In this document: piece after piece, positions 31,342 through 39,224 of the stretch
Numbering within the stretch: position 1 is the first letter of the stretch
Layout of the letters: each line of letters begins with the position of its first letter
DNA from: Pseudomonadota bacterium
GTDB taxonomy: Bacteria; Pseudomonadota; Gammaproteobacteria; Xanthomonadales; Xanthomonadaceae
NCBI GenBank assembly: GCA_020161335.1
Contig: JAIUOJ010000001.1
Location: 38,809-102,808 of the forward strand
Length of the DNA stretch: 64,000 bases
Direction of reading: 5' to 3'
Translations under genes and position numbers: made by a program
The notes under the pieces: model-generated
Database searches by the model: none
What the model was told of the DNA's origin: nothing
Seen by the model: the letters and a program-made list of their open reading frames with translations, nothing else

Positions 31342-32121
31342 CTATGCGTTCCAGGCGGCAACAATAGCCGTTGCACGTTCCCGCCCCGCGTCCAGAGGCT
31401 CCGGAACCGTCCTGGAGGAGAGCAATCCGCGTGCCTTGCGCCCGAGGAAATAGGCGATGCGCTCCGCATTCGCGCCCGAGGGATGCGGCAGGCCGCTGAG
31501 GATCTGCTGGCCGCTTAGCTTGCCCAGACCGACCAGGTGCTGGCATGCACCCTCTGCGGCCGAACCCAGCGGCACAAAGAGCGCCTCCGGCAGGACGTCG
31601 CACTCTGAAGCGAACCAGGTTTCCAGTTGCTCCCGCAGTAGCGCGCTGCGCAGCAGACCCGAGCCGCTGAAGTTCTTCGTGCCCTCGAAGACCGGGTAGC
31701 GCAGCGCTGACGTGAAGTGCACCAGATCGGTGCGTGTCGTCCAGAGTCCCGCGGTCGACTGCAGGCCTAGGCGCATGGCGAGTCCGACATGGTCGAGCAG
31801 GTTCACCAGGTTGCTCCGCATCGGCCCTGCGAAGCTTGCAGCGTTCTTGGCCCGGATGCGCGCCTCGGCCGCGCCAAGACCGTCCTGCAGACAGCGTGCC
31901 GCCGTCCTGATGGCCTCGATCGCCTGGACGCGGCCAGGCGTGATGCCGACGAGAACCACCTTGGCGGCGGTGTTGACGTGGTCGAAGGGCGCGTAATAAA
32001 CCTCGTGGCGCGAATCACCCGTGATCCGGAGCGAAGCGGGAAGAGGCTGCTCGATGTCGAAGTTGTACGGCAGGTTCGAAATGGTTGCGGCGTAGCGGTG
32101 GAACAGGTCGGCGGTGCTCAT
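31342..32121 (-). CDS. Uracil-DNA glycosylase superfamily protein, 259 aa
   Basis: Motif-1-like VVLVGITPG and motif-2-like LPHPSGAN, with a LFVPLG strand before motif 2. Confidence 0.65.
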   Translation of the reverse strand: MSTADLFHRYAATISNLPYNFDIEQPLPASLRITGDSRHEVYYAPFDHVNTAAKVVLVGITPGRVQAIEAIRTAARCLQDGLGAAEARIRAKNAASFAGPMRSNLVNLLDHVGLAMRLGLQSTAGLWTTRTDLVHFTSALRYPVFEGTKNFSGSGLLRSALLREQLETWFASECDVLPEALFVPLGSAAEGACQHLVGLGKLSGQQILSGLPHPSGANAERIAYFLGRKARGLLSSRTVPEPLDAGRERATAIVAAWNA

Positions 32122-32154
32122 GATCAGATCGGTCTCGAATTCCCGGGAGAAAGG

Positions 32155-33078
32155 TCAGGCGGCTTCAACGCGGCTGCGGGCGAGGCGCTCGAAGCGGACG
32201 CCGGCAACGATGCCGGTGCCGCCCTTCGGGCCAGGCCGGCGCCAGCGGGGCGTGGGCATGCGCTGCAGTGCCTCCAGCGCCTCCAGGTAGTCGTCGAACC
32301 TGGTCTCGCTGCCTTTCTCTCCGACGGTGAACCGGCCACCCGATGCGCAGGACGGTGCGAAGATCGAGCCGTCCCGTGCCACCGGGACAAACAGGTACTC
32401 CTCCTCGCGCTGGGCGATCGGTGCGGCAGCGCCTGGTTCGTCCTTGCCCTGCGTCGGGAGGTAGCCGTTCTGGATCAGCCAGGGCAGCACATCGGCGGTC
32501 GCCGCGTAGCGCTTCCCGTCGTGCTCGTATGTCGGGAACACCTTCCTGTACGCGGTGGTCGTCACCGTGGCGTCGCGCTTGCCGGTGAGCAGGGCGATCT
32601 CGCCCATGGTCAGGGGCTCGTCCTGGTCGACCTTGAGACGGGCGGTGGCGAGGTCGACCAGCTGCCTCATCAGGCCGTTGTGGAAATAGCCCAGCGGGAC
32701 GTCCCCTGCGCCGTCTTCGAAGGGAGCAGGCACGTGTTCCCATTCGCCGTCGGCCTTCTCGGCCTCGTACTCGGCCACGACGGACGGAGGGAACACGCCT
32801 TCGATCACAAAGCGGAGTTGCTGGATGTCGGCGGCGACGGTGTTGGTCCAGCGCTGTGTGTGCACGTAGGACTCAAGCGTGGATACCCGGCGTCCGATCT
32901 CGTAGTCCGTGACCGGCGGCAGCTCGTCGGGGTGGCGTGTTTCGAGGAAGTGGCTGTCCTCCGGCAGATCGAGCATGCGCAGCCCGGCGTCTTCGCCGAT
33001 GGCCCATTCAGTGAGCAGGGCGAGATGGGTGATGGCCAAACGAACCTCACGGTCCAGACGGTCAGGGGAGTAAGTCAT
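32155..33078 (-). CDS. Hypothetical protein with central HTH and an uncharacterised C-terminal domain, 307 aa
   Basis: ATG 33078 just downstream of a good sigma70 promoter; HTH-like LTMGEIALLTGKRDATV; C-terminal FVPVARDGSIF...FTVGEKG...PRWRRP. Confidence 0.7.
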   Translation of the reverse strand: MTYSPDRLDREVRLAITHLALLTEWAIGEDAGLRMLDLPEDSHFLETRHPDELPPVTDYEIGRRVSTLESYVHTQRWTNTVAADIQQLRFVIEGVFPPSVVAEYEAEKADGEWEHVPAPFEDGAGDVPLGYFHNGLMRQLVDLATARLKVDQDEPLTMGEIALLTGKRDATVTTTAYRKVFPTYEHDGKRYAATADVLPWLIQNGYLPTQGKDEPGAAAPIAQREEEYLFVPVARDGSIFAPSCASGGRFTVGEKGSETRFDDYLEALEALQRMPTPRWRRPGPKGGTGIVAGVRFERLARSRVEAA

Positions 33079-33107
33079 GCGACCAGCTCGTGTAGAAGTG
33101 TGACGAC

Positions 33108-33136
33108 ACAATATCACCACATGATCATATGTGCAA
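33108..33136 (-). promoter_or_regulatory. Sigma70 promoter with extended -10 and an overlapping palindrome
   Basis: TTGCAC-N17-TATTGT with a TG motif; CACAT-N6-ATGTG inverted repeat spans the spacer and the -35 box. Confidence 0.6.
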
Positions 33137-33314
33137 CCGTCGGATCACGAAATCACAAACGACAGGTGCAATCCGGCTATGGCCGAGGCATCGCCTTGGC
33201 GCCGGGCAATCAGAGGAGAAGGGTGGAGGACCGTCCTGGAGGCTTGTACTCAAGCCACGCGCAGCGCTATGCGAACGCTGTCCCGTCAGCGTCCCAGTTT
33301 CGTCACAGGGGGAG

Positions 33315-33391
33315 TGGCGCGCCTGGAGGGATTCGAACCCCCGACCAATGGCTTCGGAAGCCACTACTCTATCCGGCTGAGCTACAGGCGC
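33315..33391 (-). tRNA. argX: tRNA-Arg (CCG)
   Basis: GCGCCTGTAGCTCAGCCGGATAGAGTAGTGGCTTCCGAAGCCATTGGTCGGGGGTTCGAATCCCTCCAGGCGCGCCA: 77-nt cloverleaf, CCG anticodon, TTCGAAT T-loop, CCA end. Confidence 0.98.
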
Positions 33392-33515
33392 GCGGAGCGG
33401 CATAGCTTAACCGACGGTCGCCGTTCGCCCAATGGCGCGCGGCGTGGACCGTGCGATCGAAGGCGTTCCGACGCGGCGCCTTTTCCCGAGGCGCACGGGA
33501 TCGCCCGCGGGCGGC

Positions 33516-34625
33516 TCAACCCAACGCGATGGCCTCGCCCTCGACGAACACCTGCCGGACCTGCAGGCCGGCGTCCAGCACGACCAGGTCGGCCCAGGCG
33601 CCGGGCTGCAGGCGGCCGCGGTCGTCGAGGCCGAGGTAATCGGCCGGATTGCGCGACAGGCGGTGCGAGGCGTCGTCCAGGGCCAGGCCCAGCGAGACCA
33701 GGTTGCGCAGGGCCTGGTCCATGGTCAGCGCGCTGCCGGCCAGCGAAGTGCCGTCGGCCAGGCGCACGCAGCCGAGGCACTTGTGGACGCGCTGCGCGCC
33801 CAGCGCGTACTCGCCGTCGGGCATGCCGGTGGCGGCGGTGGCGTCGGTGATGCAGTACAGGCGCGGGATCGCGCGCAGCGCGGCGCGGATCGCGCCGGGA
33901 TGCACATGCTGCAGGTCGGGGATCAGTTCGGCGTACTCGGCGTGCGCCAGCGCGGCGGCGGCGATGCCGGGGTCGCGATGGTGCAGGCCGGTCATGCCGT
34001 TGAACAGGTGGGTGAAGCCGGCGGCCCCCGCGCGCAGGGCGGCCACGCCGTCGTCGTAGCTGCCGGCGCTGTGGCCCAGCTGCACGCGGATGCCCATCGC
34101 GGCCAGGGCCGGGATCAGCGCGAGGTGCCGGCCGATTTCCGGTGCCAGCGTCAGCACCCGGATCGGGGCGATCGCATGCAGCTGCCGGACCTGGTCCAGC
34201 GTTGCCTCCACCACCAGCGGCGGCTGTGCGCCGAGCCGGTCGAGGCTCAGGTACGGGCCTTCGAGGTGCACGCCCAGCACGCGTGCCGAGCCCGGCGCGC
34301 GAGTGGCGATGGCCTCGGCCAGGCCGTGCAGCGCGTGCTCGATCTCGTGCGCATGCGCGGTCATGGTGGTGCCGAGCAGCGAGGTGGTGCCGTGGCGTGC
34401 GTGCAGGCGCGCCACGGTCCGCGCCGCGTCCCCGCCCTGCATGATGTCGACGCCGCCGCCGCCGTGGATGTGCAGGTCGATGAAGCCCGGCAGCACCCGC
34501 GGCGCGTCGTCGGCGATCCCGGGCAGGGGGCGGATGGCCTGGATGCGGTCGTCGAACGCCAGCTCGCCGTGGACCCAGCCGTCGCGGGTCAGGATCCGTC
34601 CGCGCAGGGAATGCGGGGTGCTCAT
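33516..34625 (-). CDS. agaA: N-acetylgalactosamine/N-acetylglucosamine-6-phosphate deacetylase, 369 aa
   Basis: PGFIDLHIHGGGG, GVHLEGPY, LGHS, FTHLFNGM, LAGSALTM; aga-cluster context. Confidence 0.9.
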   Translation of the reverse strand: MSTPHSLRGRILTRDGWVHGELAFDDRIQAIRPLPGIADDAPRVLPGFIDLHIHGGGGVDIMQGGDAARTVARLHARHGTTSLLGTTMTAHAHEIEHALHGLAEAIATRAPGSARVLGVHLEGPYLSLDRLGAQPPLVVEATLDQVRQLHAIAPIRVLTLAPEIGRHLALIPALAAMGIRVQLGHSAGSYDDGVAALRAGAAGFTHLFNGMTGLHHRDPGIAAAALAHAEYAELIPDLQHVHPGAIRAALRAIPRLYCITDATAATGMPDGEYALGAQRVHKCLGCVRLADGTSLAGSALTMDQALRNLVSLGLALDDASHRLSRNPADYLGLDDRGRLQPGAWADLVVLDAGLQVRQVFVEGEAIALG

Positions 34626-35398
34626 GGCGGCGGCTCGGCCACGATCACCTCGATGCCCAGCCGCTGCAGGCCCTCGCGGTACTCGGGACTGATGCCGTCG
34701 TCGGTGATGACGGCGTGCACCTGGTCGAGCAGCCCGATGCGATGCAGGCTCACGCGTTCGAACTTGGAGGCGTCGGTCAGCACCACGATGCGGCGCGCGC
34801 GTTCGACCATGCGGTGGTTGAGGCGGGCCTCGGCCTCGTCGTGGGTGGTCAGGCCGAACTGCAGGTCCAGCCCGTCCACGCCCAGGAACAGGGTGTCGAA
34901 GCTGTAGGTGTTGAGGCTCGTCTCGGCCTGGCTGCCCTGCAGCGACAGCGACTGCTTGCGCAGCAGGCCGCCGGTCATCAACACCTTCACCCCCGGGGCG
35001 TTGGCCAGCTCCCAGGCGATGTTGAGGCCGTTGGTCATCACCGTCACGTCGGGATGTCCGCGCAGGTGGCGGGCCAGCGTCATCGTGGTCGAGCCGGAGT
35101 CGATGATGATGTTGTCGCCCGGCTGCACCAGCTGCGCCGCGCGTGCGCCGATGCGCTCCTTCAGCGGCAGGTTGAGCGCGTCCTTCTCATGGATGCCCTG
35201 TTCCTGCGGCGGCATGCGCACCAGCGTGGCGCCGCCATGGTTGCGGGTCGCCAGTCCCTGCGACTCGATGTGGCTGAGGTCGGCGCGGATGGTCACCGAG
35301 GACACCGCGAAGCGTTCCGCCAGATCCGCGACCTGCACGTTGCCGTGTTCGACGAGCAGTTGCAGGATCTGCTGGCGGCGTTGCCGGGTCTTGCGCAT
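34622..35398 (-). CDS. agaR: DeoR-family repressor AgaR, 258 aa
   Basis: RRQQILQLL...VSSVTIRADL HTH; DSGSTT; FLGVDG; DASKF; aga-cluster context. Confidence 0.92.
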   Translation of the reverse strand: MRKTRQRRQQILQLLVEHGNVQVADLAERFAVSSVTIRADLSHIESQGLATRNHGGATLVRMPPQEQGIHEKDALNLPLKERIGARAAQLVQPGDNIIIDSGSTTMTLARHLRGHPDVTVMTNGLNIAWELANAPGVKVLMTGGLLRKQSLSLQGSQAETSLNTYSFDTLFLGVDGLDLQFGLTTHDEAEARLNHRMVERARRIVVLTDASKFERVSLHRIGLLDQVHAVITDDGISPEYREGLQRLGIEVIVAEPPP

Positions 35399-35432
35399 GG
35401 TGGGCAGATCCTTTCGTCGCGGACGCCGTAGC

Positions 35433-36767
35433 TTACCGTTGCGAAAGGCCGGCGGCGCCGGAGCTTTCGTTTCCGGTCGCCACGCCTCCCCGGTTGCGGA
35501 CGCAGGCGCGGGCGTATTCGGCCAGTCGGGCCGCGATCCGGTCCCGCGCCAGCGCCAGGGGCTCGGCTTCGAGCCGCCCGGCCTGCACCGCGCGCTGCTG
35601 CTCGGGCATGAACTGGCTGAGCAGGATCATCGGCGGCGGGTGGCGGCGCAGGTTGGCCACCAGGGTGTCCACCGCCGCGCGCACGTCCGGTTCGCCCCAG
35701 TAGTAGCGGCAGCGGTCGCTGAGGGCGTAGCGGCGCAGCAGGCGCAACGCCTGCGCGTCACCGGCGTAGTGCGCCTGCCAGTGCCGCGGCTTGGCCACCA
35801 TGCAGCGCTCCAGCACCTCCGGCAGGCGCGAGCGCTCGCCCTCGGGCAGCAGTTCGTCCTCGATCGCGGCCAGCGCGAACATCGCCTCGCGATAGGCGAA
35901 GGTCGCGGCCGGGCCGACCTTGAGGATGGCGAAGTGGTCGCGCACCAGCGCGTGCAGCGCGTCCTCGGTCTGGTAGTCCGTGGAGTGGGCCTCGAACACG
36001 AGGCCCGGCCGGGTGTCGACGAAGGCCGACAGCGCCGCCGCGGCGTCGGGATCGTAGGCATGCACGTGGCTGTGGTCGAAGTCCACGCCCGGCTGCACCA
36101 CCAGCGCGATCACCCGCGTCCACGCGGGCGCGAGGTCGGGCGCGGCGAAGGCCTGGCGGTGGATCTCCAGCGTGCGCGCGGCCGCGGCGGGCGTGGTGAC
36201 CGACAGGCCGGCCTCGAGCGACGCCTCCCCGCCGGGCACCGGCACTTCGGTGCCGATCACGTATACCGGCGGCGGCAGGCCGGCCTCGGCGGCGGTACGC
36301 TCGGCCGCCCGCGCGAGGTCCGCCGAACGCGCCGCGACCGTTTCGTCCGGCAGCGGATGCGGATCGCCGGCGCACGACATGCTGCAGTCGAGGTGGATCT
36401 TGTGGAAGCCGGCGGCGACATAGGCGGCGATCAGCTCGCGCGCGTGGGCCATCGCCTCGTCCGCGGGCCGCGACTGCCACGCATTCGGGCCGAGGTGGTC
36501 GCCGCCGAGGATCAGGCGGTCGGCGGGGAAGCCGTTCGCCTGCGCAAGCGACCGCACCCAGTCGCGGAACCCGGCCGGGGTCATGCCGGTGTAGCCGCCG
36601 AACTGGTCGACCTGGTTGGAGGTCGCCTCGATCAGCAGGTCGGTGTCGTACTGCCGGGCCACCTGCATCGCCGCCAGCAGCACCTGTTCGTGGCTGCTGC
36701 ACACGCTGTAGAGGCCGACGGGGGCGCCGTTGCGATGCGCGGCGATCAGGGACTGGACGGCAGGCAC
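35433..36767 (-). CDS. agaZ: AgaZ/KbaZ family (tagatose-6-phosphate 4-epimerase / tagatose-bisphosphate aldolase non-catalytic subunit), ~444 aa
   Basis: GTG start after GGAG; GLYSVCSSH, LIEATSNQVDQFGGYTGMTP, GGDHLGPN, KIHLDCSM, YVIGTEVPVPGGE, FEAHSTDYQ, ILKVGPA.TF. Confidence 0.92.
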   Translation of the reverse strand: MPAVQSLIAAHRNGAPVGLYSVCSSHEQVLLAAMQVARQYDTDLLIEATSNQVDQFGGYTGMTPAGFRDWVRSLAQANGFPADRLILGGDHLGPNAWQSRPADEAMAHARELIAAYVAAGFHKIHLDCSMSCAGDPHPLPDETVAARSADLARAAERTAAEAGLPPPVYVIGTEVPVPGGEASLEAGLSVTTPAAAARTLEIHRQAFAAPDLAPAWTRVIALVVQPGVDFDHSHVHAYDPDAAAALSAFVDTRPGLVFEAHSTDYQTEDALHALVRDHFAILKVGPAATFAYREAMFALAAIEDELLPEGERSRLPEVLERCMVAKPRHWQAHYAGDAQALRLLRRYALSDRCRYYWGEPDVRAAVDTLVANLRRHPPPMILLSQFMPEQQRAVQAGRLEAEPLALARDRIAARLAEYARACVRNRGGVATGNESSGAAGLSQR

Positions 36768-36795
36768 GGGGATGGACTCCGGAAAACGGGGCAGG

Positions 36796-37719
36796 TCAGG
36801 GCCGGATGGCCTGGTGGGCGAGCAGCGCCGCGCCGCGCGCGCCGCCGGCATCACCGAACACGGGCAGCAGGATCGGGGGCACCGCCACGCCGGTGAACAG
36901 GTGGCGGGCCACGGCGGCGGGCAGGTCGCGGTAGAGGTGCCCGGCCTTGGACAGGCCGCCGCCGAGCACGATCACGTGCGGGTCCACCGCCATCACCAGG
37001 CAGGCGAGGCCGTGGCCGAGCAGGTCGCCGTGCATGTCCAGCGCGCGCCGCGCGACGCGGTCGCCCTGCTGCGCGCGCGCGATGATGGCGGCGGCGTCGA
37101 TGTCGTCGCCGCCGGCGTGGCGGTGCAGCATCGACACGCCGCCACCGGAGACATAGCGCTCCATGCAGCCGCGCAGGCCGCAGGGGCAGTCGAGCAGCGG
37201 CAGCGCGTGCCGTGCGAGCAGGTGCGCGGGGATGCTCCAGTGGCCCCACTCGCCGGCGATGCCGTTGCGGCCGGCGACCAGGCGGCCGTCGATGCAGTAG
37301 CCGCCGCCGGTGCCGGTGCCGAGGATGACGCCCAGCATGCTGGCCTGCCCCGCCGCCGCGCCACCGTTCGCTTCCGACAGCGCGAAGCACTGCAGGTCGT
37401 TGCCGAACTGCAGCGGGCGCTGCAATCGCTGCCGCAGGTCGTCGTGGACGCGACGGCCGGTGAGCGCCGGGACGTTCGCGCTGAGCAGGCGGCCACCGTC
37501 GCGTTCGACCACGCCGGGCAGGGCGATGCCCACGGCCGTGGCCGGCGCGCCCAGCGCCGTGTCGGCGTCGCGGACCAGCGCATCGACCGCCTCCAGGAAC
37601 GCGGCGTAGTCCTGCGCGGGCGTGGCGACGCGCTGGCGATGGCGGGCCTGCCACGCGGCATCGAAGGCCACCAGCTCGATCTTGGTGCCACCGATGTCGA
37701 TGCCGTACCAGGACTGCAT
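36796..37719 (-). CDS. agaK: ROK-family sugar kinase (GalNAc kinase AgaK / NagK-like), 307 aa
   Basis: GIDIGGTKIE, NDLQCFALSE, GTGTGGG, AGEWGH, CPCG.RGC.E zinc motif. Confidence 0.85.
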   Translation of the reverse strand: MQSWYGIDIGGTKIELVAFDAAWQARHRQRVATPAQDYAAFLEAVDALVRDADTALGAPATAVGIALPGVVERDGGRLLSANVPALTGRRVHDDLRQRLQRPLQFGNDLQCFALSEANGGAAAGQASMLGVILGTGTGGGYCIDGRLVAGRNGIAGEWGHWSIPAHLLARHALPLLDCPCGLRGCMERYVSGGGVSMLHRHAGGDDIDAAAIIARAQQGDRVARRALDMHGDLLGHGLACLVMAVDPHVIVLGGGLSKAGHLYRDLPAAVARHLFTGVAVPPILLPVFGDAGGARGAALLAHQAIRP

Positions 37720-37732
37720 GGCGAACCCGCGG

Positions 37733-38890
37733 TCAGCGATGGAGGGTCACGCCGCGCACGACGCGGTTGACGGTCCCGTCCGGAAAAGGATTGTCGGGGG
37801 TCAGGCCCAGCGCCGCGGAGCGCCGCAGCGCGTAGCGCTGGGCGAGGGTCAGCCACAGCGGCGCCAGCCACGGATCGGGCAGGGCAGGCACGGCCAGGGT
37901 GAAGTCACCCGGCGCCTCGCCGCTGTCGCCCGCGTCCGGGCCGACCGACAGGACCCGGCCGGCGACGCCGTCGCGGCGCAGTTCGTCCAGCAGGTCCTGC
38001 TCGTAGCGGCGTGCCAGCGGTTGCGCACTGCGCAGCACCACCACCAGCGTGTCGGCGTCGAGCGTCGACTTGGGGCCGTGGCGGAACCCCAGTGGCGTGT
38101 TCGCCAGCGCCAGCACGCGACCGGCGCTCAGCTCCAGCACCTTCAGTGCGGCCTCGCGCGCCAGCGCCTCCAGCGGTCCGCTGCCGAGGTAGATCACGCG
38201 CGTGCAGGCCGGGCGCGCGAGCGCAGCGATCCGGTCGTCCCAGTCGGCCAATGCGCGCTCGCCAAGCGTGGCCAACTGCTGCAGCCGCGCCAGCCGCTGC
38301 GGCCATGGCGCGGCGTCGAACACCGCCAACGCGGCCAGCAGCATGCAGGTGAGGCTGCTGGTCATGGCGAAGGCGCGGTCGCAGCTGGCCGGCGGCATCA
38401 GCAGGGTCAGGGTGTCGTCGCGGCCGCGGCCGCGGCGCGCGAGTTCGCCGTCGCCGTTGCAGGTGATGTCGAGGAAGCGCGATCCGGCGACCCGTTCGCG
38501 CACCAGGTCGACCGCGGCGACGCTTTCGGGACTGGAGCCACTGCGTCCGAACGACACCAGCAGCGTCGGCCGCGCGGGGTCGAGGTACAGCGCCGGGTGC
38601 GTCAGCAGGCTGGTGGTGTGCACCGCGCGCGCTTCCGCCGGCCATTGCGCGTTGACGGTGTCCGCCACCAGTTCGGCGATGAACCCCGAACTGCCGGCAC
38701 CGGTGAACACCACCCGGTGGTCCGGGCGCTGCAGCCAGTCGCCGAGGAAGGCATCGATGCGCGCGTGCGCGGCGTCGAGGGACCCGGCCAGGGCCGCCCA
38801 CAGCGCCGGCTGCTGGGCGATCTCGCGGGCCGTGTGGTCCCCGCCCGCGGGCAGGCCGGTCAACGGTTCGGAAAGAAGGCTGGCGTCCAT
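37733..38890 (-). CDS. agaS: SIS-domain galactosamine-6-phosphate deaminase/isomerase AgaS, 385 aa
   Basis: TAREIAQQP, FTGAGSS, VSFGRSGSSPES, FAMTSS, LGFRHGPKS, NPFPDGTVNRVVRGV. Confidence 0.92.
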   Translation of the reverse strand: MDASLLSEPLTGLPAGGDHTAREIAQQPALWAALAGSLDAAHARIDAFLGDWLQRPDHRVVFTGAGSSGFIAELVADTVNAQWPAEARAVHTTSLLTHPALYLDPARPTLLVSFGRSGSSPESVAAVDLVRERVAGSRFLDITCNGDGELARRGRGRDDTLTLLMPPASCDRAFAMTSSLTCMLLAALAVFDAAPWPQRLARLQQLATLGERALADWDDRIAALARPACTRVIYLGSGPLEALAREAALKVLELSAGRVLALANTPLGFRHGPKSTLDADTLVVVLRSAQPLARRYEQDLLDELRRDGVAGRVLSVGPDAGDSGEAPGDFTLAVPALPDPWLAPLWLTLAQRYALRRSAALGLTPDNPFPDGTVNRVVRGVTLHR

Positions 38891-38928
38891 TCACCGTTCC
38901 TGAGAGGTCGAGCCACGATGAGCGTTTT

Positions 38929-38953
38929 CTTTCGATATGTCAATTATCGAAAG
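38929..38953. promoter_or_regulatory. Probable AgaR operator (CTTTC-N15-GAAAG palindrome)
   Basis: CTTTCGATA-TGTCAAT-TATCGAAAG perfect 9-bp inverted repeat in the divergent agaS/GH31 intergenic region; further GAAAG/CTTTC boxes at 39082-39107. Confidence 0.7.
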
Positions 38954-39224
38954 ATATTGAAAAGATGTGGCGCCGGACGCCGGGTCCCGACCTGCCCGGC
39001 AACGATCGTGCCGCGACGCACAGAACCCCCCTGAAAACAGGCCTCCTGCGACCAGCGGCCATGGCTGGCGCAACAGTGTGCGAAAGTATTGCACCGCAAT
39101 ATCTTTCGATAAGCCGCATTATTCTTCTTTTTTCTTTTTATTTTCTTGACATTTTTTCTTCCGCTGCCCTACAGTCGGTCGCGTTGGTTTCGGATTGCGC
39201 TCGATCGCAAGCACGGAGGGGTCC

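Noticed and set aside
33250-33314. GGGAC direct repeats just beyond the tRNA 3' end as integrase arm sites
   Set aside because: Too short and no integrase or attL partner found.
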